A DNA stretch of 64,000 nt from the human T2T-CHM13v2.0 reference genome, Homo sapiens, in assembly GCF_009914755.1 (NCBI RefSeq), contig NC_060948.1. One strand, 5' to 3'. Every line of letters begins with the position of its first letter. Position 1 is the stretch's first letter. Positions 58,370 to 64,000 of the stretch are shown here, piece after piece. The position numbers and the translations under genes were made by a program. The notes beneath the pieces were generated by a model. It did not search any database. It saw only the letters and a program-made list of their open reading frames with translations, and was not told the origin of the DNA.

Positions 58370-58600
58370 ACACAAGGTTTGCTGAGTTCTTACTATGTGC
58401 CAGGTACTAGTCTGAGCCCTTGAACATAACACAAGAGCCCTATGAAATACTTACATTTCTTTGTGTCTGTTATTCAGGTAAGGAAATCGAAGCCCAGAAA
58501 TGCTAAGTAAATTGCCAAGATCACCAGCCTAGGAAGTAATGGAGCTAGGATTCAGGCCCAGACAGTCTAGCTCCAGGAATTTTGTTTTAACTATCATTAC
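58370..58600. mobile_element. MIR
   Basis: tactatgtgccaggtact..caggtaaggaaatcgaagcccagaa..ttgccaagatcaccagc..ggagctaggattc. Confidence 0.65.
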
Positions 58601-59540
58601 TGATTATCATGGCCACGTTGATTAGCAAAGCAGTAGCATTCTTACCAATACACTTATGAAAGATTGAGACATGCTATTAAAAGCAGTAATCTCAGGGAAA
58701 TAATAAAATTAACTTCGTGGCAGATAAAATGCAAAGGAAGTGAAATAAGAATTAGCAAGTATAATGACTCCATTGTTCAATGAGATTCCAGCAGTCTTTA
58801 AGAAAAAATATGCAGTAAAGATTTAGTCAACTCTAGACACTTTGACTCTCAGAAATTTGGTGAGTTTTTAGAACTACTTGACTTCTATCAATGTTATGCA
58901 AATATATGACATGTTGGTGATTCTGTATTCTTCAGATACTAGGCAGGCTCATAAAAAGCCTCTACTGAGGAGAGTAGTGGAGTGATTTACTTAAAAAGAG
59001 CAGGCCTAAAATGACAGAAAGCAAATCGAAATCCATAAAGTAGTAAGAAACTACTTAACTATTATATAATTAGTGTTAGCATATATACAAGATCTCTCAG
59101 AATAAATTCAGGAACAGAAAGATAATAAAGAGAAATAAGCCCCAACAACAGAAATTTTGTAAGGCTCAAAGACTCATTAAAAGGTGTTAGATCTAGCCCA
59201 AATGTCCATAGATAGTTCTAAAACGTAGACTATTCACTGGACTAAAATGATAGAAAAAAATTGGTAGTAATAGGTAGAAATCTATTTTAAATATAAAAGA
59301 CTACCAAAATTTGGAAGCATACCTGATAGTGGTGGTAAAATGCTGTCCATGTGTGTCTGTGTGCATGTGAGAAATATTAGTAAAAGAATAAAAGAAAAGG
59401 AAATCATCTCTCCTAAGACACTATGGAGAGATATATGGTATACAATTCTGTAAAGTAACAGATAAACCACGGCAGGAAGGGAAGATTTTTGGCAGAAAAG
59501 AGTAAGAGGAAAAAAAAAAAAAAAAGAGGTCCTCTCCAAA

Positions 59541-59611
59541 TATATATATATACACGTATATATATACACATACATATACATATATACACATATATATACT
59601 TACTATATATT
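59541..59611. repeat. (TA)/(TACA) simple repeat
   Basis: Directly visible. Confidence 0.85.
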
Positions 59612-60169
59612 ATTTTTGTTTCTTTCTCAGAAAAAAAAAAACTTTGAGGTACAACTTGTGACCATCAAAAGTGAGAAGTAGGGGATTAGCCCTTAGCTAG
59701 CAAATACAACAGAGCTGGTAGCCCTGTCACAAGCAGTAGCACATTTAGGACTTAGTTTTCCATATAATTCCCAATACAATGACAACTGTTGTGTTTACTT
59801 GGAAGTAGATTTGATGGCTTAATTTGGCCCTTGATGCTGGAACCAGACAACATGGTAAATAAGCTTTGAAAGTAGCCTAGTGTCAGAGTTGGTCATTAGA
59901 GTGGTTCATTCAATATGGTTATGGTGTTCAGACTTGAAATCTAAGCATAAAATATATATGTAGATGGGAAAATTCTGTAGCCACTCCTATGGTTAGTTTT
60001 AATAGATTAGATTTCTAAATATGTAAGATTTAAAAGCACCTGTAATCTTAGAGGGACTATTTCAAAACACTGTCCAGGCAAGGGAGCTGAGGTGAACTTT
60101 GTTTTGGGAAATTCATTACAGATAGTTTTGTTTTTTCATTTTTCTTTTCTTTTTCAATAAGCTTTAGTG

Positions 60170-60212
60170 GTGTGTGTGTGTGTGTGTGTGTGTTGTGTGC
60201 GTGTGTGTGTAT
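60170..60212. repeat. Interrupted (TG)n
   Basis: Directly visible. Confidence 0.9.
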
Positions 60213-60850
60213 ATGATCATTAATTTTGAAATAACTGCCAACATTAGTTGGCTTGAAAGAAAACCTTTTTGAAAGTTTTTAGCTTGTTCCAATTTACTTT
60301 TATATAATAAGGGGCAGTAAAACTATTTGCATGTTGGTCTGGCAGAAAAAGAAATTATGAAAGGCAAATTAATTATGTTGAAAATAGTCTGCTAATGTAC
60401 TATGAGTAATTGGTATTAACCTATGAGTGAAGTTTACACTGACAGATTTTATTTCATTAGAAGACAGCATTTTCTAATAAAATGAAATGAGCCATCTTAT
60501 GAGGCAGGGAGATTTCCAGCACTAAAATTGAAAAAGCAAAGGATATGTGGACACTGACAGACTGCTCTATTGAAGGGCTTCAGGTGAAGGTTACACTACG
60601 TGAATTCTAAGTCCACTTCTACCTCTGTGTTTTATAATTTTAGGACTTATTTAAAAACTTCTAGATAAAAAGAAACACAGTATTTTAGATGTGCATTATC
60701 TGGTCTTTTGTCAGGAGTTGAGTTCAGAAAAAATGATTAAGATAATATTTTTTGGCTGATGAATGCAATTTAATCCTATAGAGAAGTCATATTTTAAGCA
60801 GTCAAACATTCTCTACTCAATAGAAAAATACGTCATTATACTTATATATA

Positions 60851-61230
60851 TTTTTTCATCAACTTTTATTTTACGTTCCAGGGTACATGTGCAGGATGTG
60901 CAGCTTTGTTACATACGTACATATGTGCCATGGTGGTTTGCTGCACAGATCAACTCATTACCTAGGTATGAAGCCCAGGATCCATTAGCTATTCTTCCTG
61001 ATGCTCTCCCTCACCCCACCCGCCCTCAAGAGGCCTCAGTGTGTGTTGTTCCCCGCTCCATGTATCCATGTGTTCTCATTGTTCAGCTCCCATTATAAGT
61101 GAGAACATGCAGTGTTTGATTTTCTGTTCCTGTATCAGTTGGCGGAGGATAACGGCTTCCAACTCCATCCACGTCCCTGCAAAGGACGCGATGTCATGTT
61201 TTTTTTTAATGGCTGCATAGTATTCCATGA
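60851..61230 (-). mobile_element. L1PA11/12-like 3' end
   Basis: gggtacatgtgcaggatgtgcag..gctgcacagatcaac..ccattagctattcttcctgatgctctccc..gtgagaacatgcagtg. Confidence 0.8.
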
Positions 61231-61364
61231 ATACACTATTATATCTTTTGATGGTCTGTTCTTGACCAAAGCTCAGCCACAGCTGTGGAACATTGTGTAT
61301 GATTATGTGTATACGTTATTTCAAAAAAGAAAAAGACAAAAATGTCATGCCCCTTTTTGAGTTT

Positions 61365-61699
61365 TGGAAAGAGAAATGGTGAGAAAGAAAGGGGGAGAAA
61401 GGGAAAAGAGGTAGGAGGTGAGACAGGGGGAGAAGTTTGGAAGAAAAAGGGAGTGAAAATAGGAAGAGAGTACAGTAAAGATAAAGTGGAGAAACATGGG
61501 AAGAGGGAAAGGGGAGCAAGAGAGGGAAAATTCAAAAGAGAGGCCGAGAGAGAGAAAATGTGTTAAAGATGAAGAGAGGCAAACAGAGTCAGTAGTAGCA
61601 AGAGAGAAAAGGGGAGAAATGGAGGAAGAGAGCAGAGAGAACAAGAGAAGAGAGGGAAGAGAGGTATGAAGAAGTGGGCATGGTGTATGTGTCTGCATT

Positions 61700-61736
<37 letters not shown>

Positions 61737-61765
61737 CCTGAGAAAGAGATAGAGGGAGAGAGCAA
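61365..61765. repeat. GA-rich purine tract followed by (TG)n
   Basis: Strong purine skew at 61365-61675; (TG)n at ~61699-61735. Confidence 0.85.
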
Positions 61766-64000
61766 ATTTCTAGACTTAACTGTGTACTGAAACATACTCA
61801 TCCAGTACCTACTTAATAATCTGAAAACATTTTCATTAACATCTTACAGTCATCCTATGTTAAATTCATGAATACGTTACAAGTAGCATTTCCAATAAGA
61901 AGTGGAGATTACTGGCACTCTTGCTCCCACCCTTTTTACCCACAAATCTTAAACACATTTAAGTCTCTGGAATTACCCACCTTTAGTTAATTTTGATTCC
62001 TTTACCTTTGAATGAAAAATTTATCTTTTATGACCAAATACTGAAATGATGCATTACTGAAGATGTCATGAAAGAAAATGTAGCATGAAAAACATTTAAC
62101 TTCTTGACTTCCTGAGTACCACTATTTGGATTATAAAAATATTTTAAGATAATCAAGGTGGGTCTATTTTGAAAATCTCTAACTAGTAAAAGCAGACCTA
62201 TGTCTTGCAAAGCTTTTGCCACTTCCTAATGCCTCATTTGTGCCAGTTGAAAAACTGCAGTAATTAACAGGCCAAGCTGTATTCAGAAGATTCAGACACA
62301 GCCAGAGAAAACTGTCTCCTCCTTTGCTACTATCAGCCTCAGGAGAGAGAATGGGTTACTCATGGACCAGATCATCTTAAAGAAGAAGCAGTGAAATACC
62401 TTAGTAAAATATTAGAAACTCTTTTGATGTATAATATTACTTTACATTAGTGAATTTTTGTTGTCAGATAGGCAACTCAAATACCTACAATGCGTTTTTT
62501 CAACCTTCAAACACAATTTAGCACAGTTCTCTATGCAAATATTTGAAGATATTTCCACCCATGATGAATTTTAAAGAAAATTTATTTTACTAAGGAAAAG
62601 GAGCTCAGCTTTTATAGGAAAGATAACATTAATGTTTACTATAATCCTGACATATTTTGATGCATTTTTATCAAAATATTCGCTAGTTTATTTGTTTGTT
62701 GACAAAAATCCATGCATATTTATGAACTGCTTAGGTAGTAAGCAGTTATTCCTAAATTTGTCAGTGAATAACTATTGCTAAATGGGAAAGTTGGTGTGAA
62801 GAAATGAATATTTTAGGTGTCAGACATGCCTAAGCAAATTTCATTTTGTTTGCAATTAGTGTTTAATTCTTATCCTCAAAAATTTTCTAGTAAAAAAAGT
62901 AATAACAATCATAATGTGAACAATTAACAAAAATCACCCAAAATAGGGTTTCTAAATGGAGACATTCTTAATGGCCCTTTCGTTGAATGTGTTGAGTGTC
63001 TCTAAAGAGAAAGGGTGATAACAAAGTTGTGGTTAAGGATATGTCTCCATCCAAACAAAATGTTATAAGTTTGTTAATTAGGACAATAATAAAACTAACA
63101 TCACAGATGCATTCTTTTCTTAAAACGTAGCTAAATATTTCACCTCAGCTATTGAAATCTTTTTTTCCTTTAAAAATGGGCTTTGTCTTTGTCTTTCTTT
63201 TAGCTGTTCCCTTTGTTAATTGTCCCTAACCATGGGAATGTTATTGTAGAAGAATTTCACGGCCCAAGCTATAAGAATCATTGATTAGTGGCATTCAAAT
63301 TTTACCAGCACGAGGAGAAAGCTTAGTTCCTTTAGGCTTGGGTTGGAATAGCACCCATAATTAAAGATGTCTGTCAACCCTTGTTATGCTTCTAGTCTTA
63401 ACATTTTTCCCCCCTGAACATAATTTGCTCTTTTGAAAGAATAGCTTTTTCTTGAGATTTATAGGTCACTCTTTGTTCCTTGCTAAAATCGGAAATTCTT
63501 GGCACAACACTCCGCTGTTAGCTAGATATTTTTTTCTGACTGTAGTGAGGTTTAAAGACATTAGTTCTGGGATACTTTCTGTGTGTCTCTCTTTAGGATA
63601 CTCTAAAACAGACTAGGGGCACCTTATCCAATTCTTCAAAACTATATGGAAATAGTTTAAATTAGATTTTAAGTCAATATATGATTTTAAAATTCTACTT
63701 TGGAGTACCTTAATTCAATTAATTATTTACCCAAAATGCTACTAACTTTACTGGAACCATCAAATTGTTGTTGTTCATATACATTATATGGCAGCAATTC
63801 CAACTGAAGCTATCTTCACTGTTTTTCCTCAATGAAGACCTTTTGTTATTCTTCATTGAATTAAAGAAAGCTTGAGTTTTGTCTTTTCCTGCCTGAGAGT
63901 CCTAGATAAATTATAGAAATTAGACTGGAATCCCACTGTAGATATGTTACTGAGTTTAAACTGAAATAACTCTGTGTCTAAAATAAATCACCCAAAGCTG

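Overview
Human genomic DNA (AT-rich and CpG-poor, with Alu, L1, MIR/L2, ERVL/MaLR and DNA-transposon fossils) from the protocadherin-11 locus on the + strand, most likely PCDH11Y in the X-transposed region of Yp11.2. The window holds the 2493-nt coding exon (3750-6242: cadherin repeats, TM helix, K8 tract, proximal cytoplasmic tail) and its intron read-through tail ([10 protein letters not shown]). It also holds a short alternative terminal exon (TDSRT*, 9879-9896) and then ~54 kb of repeat-rich intron/3' sequence. Notable points: a human-specific pre-Ta L1HS insertion with a twin-priming inversion and a perfect 17-bp TSD; a premature TGA that leaves a 'ghost' PDZ-type tail; the F885/K980 allele state; a phase 0-0, stop-free giant exon flanked by inverted AluY elements (candidate circRNA with an endless ORF); two divergent HERV-L 3' remnants, one with integrase-dUTPase and an antisense ORF that could be spliced in frame; a duplicated MEF2-like hairpin cassette; and a MADE1/miR-548-like hairpin. 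I see no evidence of a wholly new multi-gene system. Most ORF-track entries are repeat-derived or chance ORFs. Repeat subfamily calls and X/Y residue comparisons come from memory of consensus sequences and need confirmation.
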